A stretch of 64,000 bases of DNA, from contig CAVYGN010000002.1 of the NCBI GenBank assembly GCA_963768055.1, forward strand, positions 128,001-192,000, given 5' to 3'. This stretch comes from an uncultured Spirochaetota bacterium. Its GTDB lineage: Bacteria > Spirochaetota > Brevinematia > Brevinematales > JAOACQ01. Positions 1 through 9,819 of this stretch are shown in pieces. The stretch's first letter is position 1. The number at the start of each line of letters is the position of its first letter. The notes below the pieces were generated by a model, which saw nothing but the letters and a program-made list of their open reading frames with translations, ran no database searches and had not been told where the DNA came from. The translations under genes and the position numbers were made by a program.

Positions 1-530
1 AACAGTATTCACATGCTAAAAAAGCCCTTGAGGCCGCAAAAGCCTCATACGGCGTAGCTCTTAGCCAGGCCAATATGTCTTTAGCCCAGCTTAACCTTAC
101 AAGGGTTAATCTTAATGACATGACCCTTTCCTCACCGTTTAAAGGCGTAGTCGCCAAGAAATGGCTCATGGAAGGGGATGTCGCCCAGCCGGGCGAGGCT
201 GTCCTGACCGTAAACGATACTGAAGATATATGGGTGACTGCGAATATCGAAGAGGTCAATATGTCAAGCTTCAGGGTCGGAAAGGAAGTCTCGATCCATG
301 TCGATGCATACCCGGGCATTCCTTTTAAGGGTAAGGTCAGGGAAATAGGATCCGATACGGGTTCTCAATTCTCGCTGATCCCGCCTAATAACGCTTCGGG
401 AAACTTCACTAAAGTTACCCAGAGGATACCGGTAAAAATATCGATCGAAACCGTCGATCCATCCCAAGAGTCGTCTGCAGATCTCCTGCCGGGTATGTCG
501 GTTGAGGTGGTAATAAAAAAAAGAGGTTAA
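1..530 (+). CDS. HlyD/EmrA-family efflux periplasmic adaptor (5' truncated by window)
   Basis: C-terminal EmrA motif FSLIPPNNASGNFTKVTQRIPVKI; directly upstream of a DHA2 MFS gene. Confidence 0.9.
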   Translation, partial: QYSHAKKALEAAKASYGVALSQANMSLAQLNLTRVNLNDMTLSSPFKGVVAKKWLMEGDVAQPGEAVLTVNDTEDIWVTANIEEVNMSSFRVGKEVSIHVDAYPGIPFKGKVREIGSDTGSQFSLIPPNNASGNFTKVTQRIPVKISIETVDPSQESSADLLPGMSVEVVIKKRG

Positions 531-539
531 CATAAGTTT

Positions 540-2156
540 ATGCCGGAAAATAGTAGATTCAGACGGGGGGGCGGTTTTCTTCCCCGCGCCAATCATGATC
601 ATGATTATTATCCATGGCTTGTCCTGATAAACGTAATGGTTGGAACATTCATGGCCGTGCTGGATTCGACTATAGTCAATGTCGGCCTTACAAATATAAT
701 GAACACATTCGGTACAAGCGTGGACAAAATCGAATGGATCATGACCGGATATATGCTTGTCATGGCGGTAATGCTTCCGGCCTCCGGATGGATCGCCGAC
801 CATTTCGGCTACAAGAGGAGCTATTTTGCGGCCCTGTTTTTTTTCACCCTGGGTTCCCTCCTCTGCGGATTCGCATGGAACGAGACGGTACTGATCGCTT
901 GCCGGGTCATCCAGGGATTGGGCGCCGGGCTCCTTATGCCGGTCGGAATGGCGATTCTCACCAGGACATTTCCCCCTGAAAAAAGAGGAATGGCGCTTGG
1001 TTTCTGGGGGATCGCCGCAGCGGCTTCAGTTTCCTTCGGCCCTGTAATCGGCGGATACCTGATAGATAATTTCAGCTGGCATGCAATATTTCTAGTGAAT
1101 ATCCCTGTCGGCATATTAGGGCTGGCGGCCACCGTCATCATCCAGAAGGAATACAGGACAGAAAAAGCGCGTTCATTCGATTTCGGTGGAGCTATATCGA
1201 TGGCGGTTTTCCTGACATTCCTTCTTCTAGCGCTTGCATGCGGAAATTCCTCATGGAACACCGACGGATGGCATTCCAATTTCATCATCACCTGCTTTGT
1301 TTTGTCAGCTATAGGCTTTGCCACTTTCCTCTACTTTGATCTGCGAATAGAGCACCCCCTTATCGATTTGAGGCTGCTTAAGGACTTCAACTTTTCGATA
1401 GCGAATATAGTGTTCTTCATATTCGGTTTCGGGATGTTCGGAAGCACCTTCCTGCTCCCTCTATATCTGCAGAATTCCCTTGGTTACACGGCTCTTCAGG
1501 CAGGGATGGTTTTTCTTCCTATCGGGATTTTGCAGGCCATAATGTCGCCTGTTTCCGGGGTATTGGCGGACAGGATCAATCCGAAAATCCCGGCATTCAT
1601 CGGCATAGTTTTGCTCGGCATAGGCCTTCACATGCAGAATTATCTCTCTCTCGATTCAAGCAACTTTCAGATAGTACTTCCCCTTTTAGTGAGGGGAATA
1701 GGCATGGGAATGATCATCGCCCCGCTCGGCACCCTGGCCATGTCCAAAATGCCCCCGCAGAAACTCGCCCAGGCCTCGGGCCTCTTCAACGTTATTCGCC
1801 AGATCGGCGGCAGTTTCGGCGTCGCGGTCATGGGAACTATCCTTTCCCACCAGGTTGTCATACACTCGGCGAATTATTTTCAGGCGGTAAACAGGTATTC
1901 CCCCGCGTTTCAGCATTCCGTACTCGGGACAAGGACAATGATCGAACAATTTTCAGGGAAGAACATCGGCGACGCGCTTGCTATCTCGCAAATGTCTATC
2001 TTTCAGAACGCGGCGAATCAGGCCTTTGTCCAGGCTGTATGCGACGATTTCCTTATCGCAGGGCTGGCTACTTTCTTCTGTCTCATTCCTCTCCTGATGC
2101 TGAGATACCAGAAGAAAGAAAATGCCAAAGGCGTTTCAGTATCGAGCATGGAATAA
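540..2156 (+). CDS. DHA2 (EmrB/QacA) MFS drug efflux permease
   Basis: Multi-TM protein with FMAVLDSTIVNV, GWIADHFGYKR, RVIQGLGAG motifs. Confidence 0.93.
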   Translation: MPENSRFRRGGGFLPRANHDHDYYPWLVLINVMVGTFMAVLDSTIVNVGLTNIMNTFGTSVDKIEWIMTGYMLVMAVMLPASGWIADHFGYKRSYFAALFFFTLGSLLCGFAWNETVLIACRVIQGLGAGLLMPVGMAILTRTFPPEKRGMALGFWGIAAAASVSFGPVIGGYLIDNFSWHAIFLVNIPVGILGLAATVIIQKEYRTEKARSFDFGGAISMAVFLTFLLLALACGNSSWNTDGWHSNFIITCFVLSAIGFATFLYFDLRIEHPLIDLRLLKDFNFSIANIVFFIFGFGMFGSTFLLPLYLQNSLGYTALQAGMVFLPIGILQAIMSPVSGVLADRINPKIPAFIGIVLLGIGLHMQNYLSLDSSNFQIVLPLLVRGIGMGMIIAPLGTLAMSKMPPQKLAQASGLFNVIRQIGGSFGVAVMGTILSHQVVIHSANYFQAVNRYSPAFQHSVLGTRTMIEQFSGKNIGDALAISQMSIFQNAANQAFVQAVCDDFLIAGLATFFCLIPLLMLRYQKKENAKGVSVSSME

Positions 2157-2182
2157 ATCGTAATAATGGAGGTGATTTAATT

Positions 2183-2941
2183 ATGAAAATGTCGGGAAAT
2201 ACAGTGCTCATCACCGGTGGCGCAACCGGGATAGGATTCGCGCTCGCAGAGTCCTTTCTTGCCGCCGGAAACGAGGTGATTATCTGCGGCCGCAGGAAAG
2301 ACCGCCTTGCCGAAGCGCAGAAGAAACTTCCCGCCCTGAAAACCAGGCAATGCGACCTTATAGACGACAAAGAGAGAAAATCCCTTACCGAATGGATAAC
2401 TTCAAATTTCAAAAATCTTAATGTACTTATAAATAACGCCGGCATCCAGAAGGATATAGATCTTAAAAAAGGAACTGATGAACTCCTGCACGGAGAAGAC
2501 GAAATTAATATAAATCTTGAAGCGCCTATTATTCTGACCGCTATGCTTATCCCTTTCCTGATGAAAGCGAAAGACCCGGTTATAATAAACGTATCATCGG
2601 GATTGGGATTCGTTCCGGCTGCCGGAATGCCTGTATACTGCGCCACAAAAGCCGCTCTCCATTCTTTCACCATGTCGCTCAGATATCAGCTCAGGGAAAA
2701 CGGCATAAAGGTTTACGAACTTATTCCGCCGGGAGTCGATACGGAGCTTAATCCCGAAGGAAGGGCGAAGAGAAAATACGGCAGCACCGGAGTCCAGCCT
2801 GCCGAATTCGCTGAGGCCGTTATGAAGGGGCTTCAAAACGACAGCGCCGAAATAGGCTATTCATACACGGAAAACTTCAGAAAAGCCTCCAGGGAAGAAC
2901 TGGACGAACGGTTTCAAGCCATGAACGAAAGGTGGAAATAA
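2183..2941 (+). CDS. Short-chain dehydrogenase/reductase (DltE-like)
   Basis: TGGATGIG, NNAG, YCATK; GGAGGTG RBS before ATG 2183, so the ORF-track start 2039 is too far upstream. Confidence 0.92.
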   Translation: MKMSGNTVLITGGATGIGFALAESFLAAGNEVIICGRRKDRLAEAQKKLPALKTRQCDLIDDKERKSLTEWITSNFKNLNVLINNAGIQKDIDLKKGTDELLHGEDEININLEAPIILTAMLIPFLMKAKDPVIINVSSGLGFVPAAGMPVYCATKAALHSFTMSLRYQLRENGIKVYELIPPGVDTELNPEGRAKRKYGSTGVQPAEFAEAVMKGLQNDSAEIGYSYTENFRKASREELDERFQAMNERWK

Positions 2942-2945
2942 ACGG

Positions 2946-3203
2946 ATGGACTGCCGTACCGGGTGCGGCGCTTGCTGCATCGCAATATCTATTTCATCCC
3001 CCATCCCCGGGATGCCGGGCGGGAAACCCGCGGGAGTAATATGCCCTCACCTGTGCGGCAATTATACATGCCTGATTTACAATGACAGGCCGGATGTCTG
3101 CCGTAATTTCAGGGCCGACCAGGACTACTGTGGAGTATCGAGGGAAATGGCCCTTGAAAATCTTAAAAGGCTGGAAGAAGCCACTGACCCGCATCTACCT
3201 TGA
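2946..3203 (+). CDS. YkgJ-family cysteine-cluster protein
   Basis: CRTGCGACC...C...C.IY..RP.VC pattern. Confidence 0.88.
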   Translation: MDCRTGCGACCIAISISSPIPGMPGGKPAGVICPHLCGNYTCLIYNDRPDVCRNFRADQDYCGVSREMALENLKRLEEATDPHLP

Positions 3204-5264
3204 TTCGCCATTCATATCCCTGAGAACGTTAAAGGCTTCGTCGGCGTAAATATCTTTAACAAGGCTCTTAAGGTATGATTCCATTTTATCCTTTCTATCG
3301 CCGTAATCTCCTTCTTCCTTTTCACCCTCCGGTATGCTGGCAGTGAAAAAGTTAGTCCCTTCGAGGAGCCGGTTGATCCTGTCGCCGAGTTCTTTAGCTA
3401 TCTTTTGTTCGTTCATAAGCCTTGAAAGCTGAAGGATTTTAGGATTATCCATCTCCTGCTTCATAATCTGGGAATTGGATGCAATAAGATTGAATATTTC
3501 ATTTTTACCGACCCTTTCTCTGCTTTTAGCCCTCAAAACATCGATATTATAAGAAGCATCCCATTTTGAATAACTCAAAACCCTCGTACTGTCCCATGGC
3601 AGCGGATAATCCATCGAACTCTCCCCCATGTCCATTACACTGTAAGGATCGGGAAGGGGAATATCACCGGTAACTCCCTTCAGCTGCGTCGAATCTCCAT
3701 TGATCCTGTAAAACTTCTGAACAGTCAGCTTAACTGAGCCCAGAGGCTTCAAATCATTGAATAATAGAAGGCTATCCAGGTCGACCGGCTGCTGCACAGT
3801 CCCCTTGCCGAAGGTGCGGTCGCCGAGGATCACGGCGCGGCCATAATCCTGAAGCGCTGCGGCGACGATTTCAGAAGCTGAAGCGCTAAAGGAATTGATC
3901 ATTACGACCAGGGGACCTGTATAAACAATATCGGGGTCTGGATCCATATATACCCTGGATCTTCCACGCCCGTCTCTTACCTGAACGACAGGCCCGTTTT
4001 TAATGAAAAGCCCGGCTGTGCGAATAGCGTCTTCGAGTGCGCCTCCTCCATTATTCCTTAAATCCAGGATGATCCCTGAAACGTTTTCATTTTTCAGGTT
4101 TTCAAGCTCTTTTTTCATATCGTCCGAAGCATTCCTGCCGTCTTTGTTATTAAAATCACGGTAAAACAGGGGAAGATAAATATAACCGTATTTTTTACCG
4201 GTATTAGCATCATTGATTATATCGGACCTGACATAAGTATCTTCCAGGACAACTTTATCCCTGACAATCGGAATGATCTTTATCCGTCCGTCGGGTTTTT
4301 TTACAGTCAGGCGTACTTCTGTTCCCTTAGGACCCCTTATTAATTTTACAACGTCTTTAACAACCATATTCGCGATATCGGTAGGTTCGTTCGTGCTCTG
4401 CCCTACTTTTAATATTATATCCCCGCTTTTAAGGATATTCTGGCGCCATGCAGCGCTGCCGGGAATAATCTCCTGCACCTTTATAACATCTCCTTCCTCT
4501 TTGAGCTGCGCGCCTATACCCTCGAAAGTCCCGCTGATCGTCATATCGAAATCCGTTTTATCGATCGGGGACATAAATGAAGTATGAGGATCGAAAGTCT
4601 CTGCGATAACATTCAGATACCGGTAAAACTGGTCTTCCTCCTTTTCATCAAGCATTCTATCGAGCATCTGGTTGAAACTTTTGGATACTTTTTCCCTTGC
4701 GCTCTTTTCAACATCAGGCTGGAAAGAAACATCCTCATTGGATTTTTCAGATTCAACCTCCAGATATTGCTGAAGGACCTCATATTTAAGATACTTTCGC
4801 AAAAATTCCTTTTCTTCACCAACCGTTGTACAATAATCGAGTTTTTTAGGATTAAATTCCACCGTTTCGTTCTCATTCAAATCGAACGGTTTTGCCAGGA
4901 TTTCGTTGCCATAAAGCCTTACATCCTTTATCCTCTTATTCATAATGGCCCTGGATGCGTCGAGGATGCTCGTATCGGCTTCCAGAAAATCCTCTCCCAT
5001 CTGTGTTTCAAAACGGCCCAGATTATCAATATCTTCCTTCAGCAGAAACCTCTTATAGTAATCAAGATTTTTTAAATAAAGGTTAAAGGCATTTGTTGAA
5101 AAAGTAGGATTGAAGTCACCGCCGCTGTAATGCTCCTTAAGGATTTCATCCATCAATTTCATTGTGACCTTTTCCTTTTGCCCCGTTTCGGTACCGCCAA
5201 GCGGAACAAGAGCCAGGGTAAAGAAAAATATAACCATAAAATATTTTTTTAAAAGCTTACACAT
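3195..5264 (-). CDS. prc: Carboxy-terminal processing protease (Prc/Tsp, S41A)
   Basis: DPHTS, PDZ GIGA, DLRNNGGG, SASASEIVA, TFGKGTVQ. Confidence 0.92.
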   Translation of the reverse strand: MCKLLKKYFMVIFFFTLALVPLGGTETGQKEKVTMKLMDEILKEHYSGGDFNPTFSTNAFNLYLKNLDYYKRFLLKEDIDNLGRFETQMGEDFLEADTSILDASRAIMNKRIKDVRLYGNEILAKPFDLNENETVEFNPKKLDYCTTVGEEKEFLRKYLKYEVLQQYLEVESEKSNEDVSFQPDVEKSAREKVSKSFNQMLDRMLDEKEEDQFYRYLNVIAETFDPHTSFMSPIDKTDFDMTISGTFEGIGAQLKEEGDVIKVQEIIPGSAAWRQNILKSGDIILKVGQSTNEPTDIANMVVKDVVKLIRGPKGTEVRLTVKKPDGRIKIIPIVRDKVVLEDTYVRSDIINDANTGKKYGYIYLPLFYRDFNNKDGRNASDDMKKELENLKNENVSGIILDLRNNGGGALEDAIRTAGLFIKNGPVVQVRDGRGRSRVYMDPDPDIVYTGPLVVMINSFSASASEIVAAALQDYGRAVILGDRTFGKGTVQQPVDLDSLLLFNDLKPLGSVKLTVQKFYRINGDSTQLKGVTGDIPLPDPYSVMDMGESSMDYPLPWDSTRVLSYSKWDASYNIDVLRAKSRERVGKNEIFNLIASNSQIMKQEMDNPKILQLSRLMNEQKIAKELGDRINRLLEGTNFFTASIPEGEKEEGDYGDRKDKMESYLKSLVKDIYADEAFNVLRDMNGESR

Positions 5265-6241
5265 TACATGCTCCTGTGATAATTTTCTTGCTGATTTCCA
5301 TTAAAATTAATCTTCAAATCGATTATAAATTCCGGCCTTCCTTTTACTTCATCGAACACGCTCCCGATATACTCACCCAGAACTCCTATAGTCATGAGTT
5401 GAACCCCGCCGAAAAAAACGAGGGTTATTATAGTTGAAGCCCAGCCGGGAACTGTTTTAATAATATTGGAGAATTTTGCTATAAAGACGTACACGATCAA
5501 AGCAAGCCCGATGATAATGCTTAAAAATCCCAGGCCCATAGCAATTTTAAGCGGTTTTTTTGTAAAATAAAGGAGACCGGTAGTGGCGAAGGAAAACATC
5601 TTCTTTAAAGGATACTTAGTCTCGCCGGCCTTCCTCGGATCGCGGGTGTAATAAAAAGGAGATTGACTGAATCCAATCCAGCTTACCAATCCTCGTATAT
5701 ACTTATTCCTTTCTTTAAGGCTTTTAAATGCATCTATTACTTTCCTGTCGATCAGCCGGAAATCGCCGGTATCGAGGGGAATAGGAGTCTCGGAAAGATA
5801 GCTCAGAGTCCTGTAGAAAAGCGCTGAACTCAATTTCTTAAAAAACGATTCCCCGCGCCTCTTTACACGCATTCCATAAACAACATTATATCCTTTTTCA
5901 AGATGGATCTTTATCATATCGGGAATAAGTTCAGGTGGGTCCTGAAGATCCGCATCAATAATCACAGCGACATCTCCGCGCGTATTATTGATCCCCGCCG
6001 ATACCGCCGCCTGGTGGCCGAAATTCCTTGAAAAGCTGATTATTTTAACATTTTTATCATCGGCCGCTATTTCTTCGAGAAATTCCATGGTTCTATCCCT
6101 GCTGCCGTCATTTATGAATATAATCTCGAAGCCGTTAAATCCGCCAGCTGTTAATACAGCCTTAACCCTGCTGTAAGTCTCTTTTATTACATCCTGTTCA
6201 TTATAGCATGGTATGATGACAGATACGAAAACGGAACTCAT
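5264..6241 (-). CDS. GT2 polyprenol-phosphate glycosyltransferase (GtrB/YkcC-like)
   Basis: IIPCYNE, NDGSRD, SRNFGHQAA, DADLQDPPE, two C-terminal TMs. Confidence 0.92.
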   Translation of the reverse strand: MSSVFVSVIIPCYNEQDVIKETYSRVKAVLTAGGFNGFEIIFINDGSRDRTMEFLEEIAADDKNVKIISFSRNFGHQAAVSAGINNTRGDVAVIIDADLQDPPELIPDMIKIHLEKGYNVVYGMRVKRRGESFFKKLSSALFYRTLSYLSETPIPLDTGDFRLIDRKVIDAFKSLKERNKYIRGLVSWIGFSQSPFYYTRDPRKAGETKYPLKKMFSFATTGLLYFTKKPLKIAMGLGFLSIIIGLALIVYVFIAKFSNIIKTVPGWASTIITLVFFGGVQLMTIGVLGEYIGSVFDEVKGRPEFIIDLKINFNGNQQENYHRSM

Positions 6242-6294
6242 CTACGACCACTCCCCTGGCCGCAATTGTGCGGTGATATAGTTAATTGACTAAT

Positions 6295-6405
6295 GGGCGG
6301 TTCCAAAAACTAGATTCTTGGAAAACAATAGTAAAAACGAATCTAATAATTCCGCCCAATGGGCACTACCTTGCTGCCCCAAAGGGGCAGTTATTAGAAG
6401 TGCCC
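6295..6405. mobile_element. Family-A MITE (111 bp)
   Basis: Imperfect terminal inverted repeats GGGCGGTTCCAAAAAC / GTTATTAGAAGTGCCC; TAAT on both flanks; related copies at 6601 and 56804. Confidence 0.7.
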
Positions 6406-6449
6406 TAATAATAAATTGCAGCGGGAATAAAATCAAGAAAATGTGAATC

Positions 6450-6549
6450 GATCAATATGCAGATCCGTTATGAAGTAAATTTTTTCCAGGCGGTATTCGA
6501 CAGCATTTGTGTTGAAAGCATAATCTGCTAAGTTACAAAATGATGGCAG
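6450..6549 (+). repeat. Family-B intergenic repeat, left part
   Basis: GATCAATATGC...GAAGTAAATTTTTTCC...TTCGACAGC...CTAAGTTACAAAAT closely matches 23233 and 54069. Confidence 0.85.
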
Positions 6550-6552
6550 TAA

Positions 6553-6592
6553 TGTCATTTCGAGTGTCGCCCTACCGGGCTTCTCGAAATGA
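6553..6592. repeat. Family-C REP-like palindrome, short copy
   Basis: TGTCATTTCGAG...CTCGAAATGA hairpin. Confidence 0.7.
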
Positions 6593-6600
6593 TGACCTGA

Positions 6601-6711
6601 GGGCACTTCTAAAAACCGCCTTTTCAAGGCGGCAAGGTAGTGCCCATTGGGCGGTTTCATTATGATTAAAACATCTTTTATTACTAACAAAGTTAGTTTT
6701 TGGAACCGCCC
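6601..6711. mobile_element. Family-A MITE, inverted relative to the 6295 copy
   Basis: GGGCACTTCTAAAAAC...GTTTTTGGAACCGCCC, 111 bp. Confidence 0.7.
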
Positions 6712-6809
6712 TTAAATATCAACAATAATAACCGGTATTTCTTGAAATTATTATATTTAAAGATTATATTAGTCTCGTATTAAACAAAATTCATTCTTAG
6801 GGGGTTTTT

Positions 6810-7076
6810 ATGCCTGAAGAATCAAAAGAGAAATCAAGGACAGAGGAATTCAAGGTCAGCGGCGATAGCCTTCTTTCAAAAATAAGGGAAATCATTCATG
6901 AAGGCAATATCCGGCGTATTACGATAAAAAATGAGGAAGGTCAAAGCCTTATTGAGATTCCGCTTACTTTAGGCGTTATAGGCGCGGTTCTTCTGCCGGT
7001 CTGGGCCGCGATAGGAGCGATAGCCGCACTGGCGGTTAACTTCAGGATCGTTGTGGAAAAAGTTGAGGATAAGTAA
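6810..7076 (+). CDS. DUF4342-like protein
   Basis: EEFKVSG..L...I.EGNIRRI.IK...LIEIPLT.G pattern. Confidence 0.8.
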   Translation: MPEESKEKSRTEEFKVSGDSLLSKIREIIHEGNIRRITIKNEEGQSLIEIPLTLGVIGAVLLPVWAAIGAIAALAVNFRIVVEKVEDK

Positions 7077-7083
7077 TTTGCAT

Positions 7084-8628
7084 TTATTTTTTATTTCTTC
7101 GCGCAAACTCATCAATATCCTCAAGGACCTTGTCGATTGACAGCGTGAATTCTTTTTTTTTGATTTCTAAAAGCAGATGCAGGCTGTAACGGCTCTCATT
7201 GAAAATATCTGTAATTTTCGAAAGTTCGCCGATATTCCCGGGAAGGTATTCTTTAAGCATGTCCATATATTCACGGGGTCCGTAATGCAGATAATAAGGC
7301 GTAACTGAGCGGCTCGCAGCCTCAATAAGTCTGATAAAATCTTTAATAATAATCTTAATCTCATCAAGCTTCTCATTGGTCAACTTAACATATTTCTCAA
7401 AAAAGGACAATAGCTGTTTTTCAATTTTCCTTGTCTTTTCAAGGTCCTTTTTTCTGTTTATTTTCCCGAACCCGAACATAGTAAGGATGAAATTCAGTAG
7501 AAATATAACAGCAGCGGCGGCTATATTGACAAAACCCGATATACGCATAAATCTTTTTATAAAAAAAGAAACCCACGCCGGTCTTTTTTTATTCCTGAAA
7601 ATTATTAATAGAACGAGGCCTATAACCGACGCTATCAAATATAACGCGATATAGGCTGCAAAGGCTAACAAAAGATACTTTATGAATAACTGGCCTGTGT
7701 TCCATATTTCCCCCGAGAGTTTATCAACAGAAGAATCGACGGCTGGCGACGGGGTGATATTTGCGACGGAGGACCCCGGCTGTGAAAGATTAATTGAGAG
7801 AAGTAAGAAAATTTTATTAAGGGCTTTAGTCAGCCAAACGGATGAAAAGACCGAGAAATTCCATGGGATAGCCAGAGAGACAATTATCAGGAAGACAGGA
7901 AGGATTGATATTATCCTGTTCCAGTTTTTAATGATAGCGCCCTTGATGCCGTAGCCCAGAAGTTTCCATTGAAGCACTGATGATAATTGAAACAGGACAA
8001 GATAAACCCCAAACCCGCCGAAACCAAGGCAAAGCAGGAAAAGCGATTGAAACCACCTGGTCTCAGGATTTTTCGCCACCGATATAAACGATACGATAAG
8101 GAGAATAAAAGCGGTATTAGTAATAAGTTTGACAAACCAGACAGGTTCTATTTTCTCATTCCTAACATCTATCCTGCCTTCGGCCCATCCCCTGAATTTT
8201 TCCTGGGAGGTAAAGCTGCTCTCACATTCCAATATCGAGTATAACCGGTCGAATCCCCTTTTTATCGAGTTCAAATATGCCCTCTGGATCATGTACAACC
8301 CGAAAACCACCAAAAGGAGCTGAATATCGCTGAAAACCGGTATATGCAGGAACGGGAGGATGAGCTTGATAAAATACTGTACTGAAAAGAAAGATCCTGA
8401 AAATAGCACGAGGGTCAGCAGAATTTTTAGAACTGAGCTTATGCGGTCGCTAAAATAAATCAGCACTACAAAAGCCCCGGCAAAAAAGATAATAATATTC
8501 ATCCACAATGCCGCGCCCGCAAAATTCGTTAAAAAAAAGCTCATGAATGAATAAAACAGGATACCGGAAATACCTGTCAGGACCAGAAAGAGATAAACCG
8601 CAAACAGCCTCCTGCTCCAGGAGAACAT
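7084..8628 (-). CDS. Multi-pass membrane protein of the MoxR operon (DUF4129-like C-terminus)
   Basis: Many TMs; C-terminal PREY...ITDIFNESRYS; follows DUF58 gene. Confidence 0.65.
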   Translation of the reverse strand: MFSWSRRLFAVYLFLVLTGISGILFYSFMSFFLTNFAGAALWMNIIIFFAGAFVVLIYFSDRISSVLKILLTLVLFSGSFFSVQYFIKLILPFLHIPVFSDIQLLLVVFGLYMIQRAYLNSIKRGFDRLYSILECESSFTSQEKFRGWAEGRIDVRNEKIEPVWFVKLITNTAFILLIVSFISVAKNPETRWFQSLFLLCLGFGGFGVYLVLFQLSSVLQWKLLGYGIKGAIIKNWNRIISILPVFLIIVSLAIPWNFSVFSSVWLTKALNKIFLLLSINLSQPGSSVANITPSPAVDSSVDKLSGEIWNTGQLFIKYLLLAFAAYIALYLIASVIGLVLLIIFRNKKRPAWVSFFIKRFMRISGFVNIAAAAVIFLLNFILTMFGFGKINRKKDLEKTRKIEKQLLSFFEKYVKLTNEKLDEIKIIIKDFIRLIEAASRSVTPYYLHYGPREYMDMLKEYLPGNIGELSKITDIFNESRYSLHLLLEIKKKEFTLSIDKVLEDIDEFARRNKK

Positions 8629-8640
8629 AAGCTTCCCCTC

Positions 8641-9819
8641 CTATAACCGGTACAAATTTATCAAATCGGCCTGTCCTTCCGCATAGAAACTCTGAAACCC
8701 TATGTTCCAAAGACTCAGCTCATGCCTTATTTCAGGCCCCGCGTTAATTATATTTATCGAATGTCCCCTTTTCTGAAGATCCATTAATCTTCCGAGGGAT
8801 TCCTGATCCAGTTTTGTCGTTATCAGGTATACGGACAATCCCCATCTAATATTCTTAAGTTTTTCAAATACCGATTTCAAGGGTATGGTCCTGCTGGAAT
8901 CTATTACAGCCAGGTCGGTCAGAAGGGAGATCAAATGATTTTCAGATTTCCCTTCCGGGGTCGCAAGAACAGTTTCAATACCGTTTTTTGAGCAATTGAC
9001 TACGAGGCCGAATGATTGTTTCATTTCATAGAGTTCGTTAAAAAGGGAAGCGCATGTTTCTATCAGCTTGCCTACATAGTAATCTTTTTCCCTGAAGTTG
9101 AAATCCTGTTCAAACAGGTTCAACAGGACCAGGCTGTTCGAGGATATGGAATGCTGATAGGTATTTATATAAAATTTATTGTGCCTCGCGGAGATTTTCC
9201 AGTTAATTTTCTTGACATCGTCCCCATGTTCATATTCCCTTACGCCGGTTATTATGGACGGGTCCTCGTAAATAGGCACCCTGTTTTTAATGATACCCTG
9301 GGGCTGGAGGCTCTTGAAGATTAGTTGAGGAATTTTATATATCCGGGGAAGAACGATAACTTCCCGGGTCGTATCGATTTCCACGCTGAATGAAAACAGT
9401 CCGATCAAGTCGCGAAACGATATCTTTGTCGGGCCTATAATATACCTGCCTCGTTTCCTTCCATAAAGCGTGTAATCAAAATCCTCTCTTCCCCCTCCTT
9501 TAATAGAGGTTAAAAAAGTATGGCTCTGCATAGCGCTGACCTGCAGATCGGTATAATCGATTATAAGGAGCGCATGATAGGGCAGGAAAGATCTATTATA
9601 GGCGGATAATAAACTTTCATCATTTATCCCTGTAAATATTACCGAGTTTTCCGATTTTCTTTCAATCACGATATTGGCCCGGACAATCCTCGAATATATA
9701 TAATTCAGAAGGATAAGTATAATACTTCCATATAAAATGATCTTTACACCCGGATAATCGATAAACAGGAAATTTGCTGAAATCAAAATGATAAGAATTA
9801 CCGCTCTTCCCGCGGTCAC
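8641..9819 (-). CDS. DUF58 protein
   Basis: RKRGRY, GVREYEHGDD.K.INWK.SAR. Confidence 0.88.
   Translation of the reverse strand: MTAGRAVILIILISANFLFIDYPGVKIILYGSIILILLNYIYSRIVRANIVIERKSENSVIFTGINDESLLSAYNRSFLPYHALLIIDYTDLQVSAMQSHTFLTSIKGGGREDFDYTLYGRKRGRYIIGPTKISFRDLIGLFSFSVEIDTTREVIVLPRIYKIPQLIFKSLQPQGIIKNRVPIYEDPSIITGVREYEHGDDVKKINWKISARHNKFYINTYQHSISSNSLVLLNLFEQDFNFREKDYYVGKLIETCASLFNELYEMKQSFGLVVNCSKNGIETVLATPEGKSENHLISLLTDLAVIDSSRTIPLKSVFEKLKNIRWGLSVYLITTKLDQESLGRLMDLQKRGHSINIINAGPEIRHELSLWNIGFQSFYAEGQADLINLYRL

Noticed and set aside
6433..6690. 85-aa ORF in the track
   Set aside because: Lies entirely within repeat families A, B and C.
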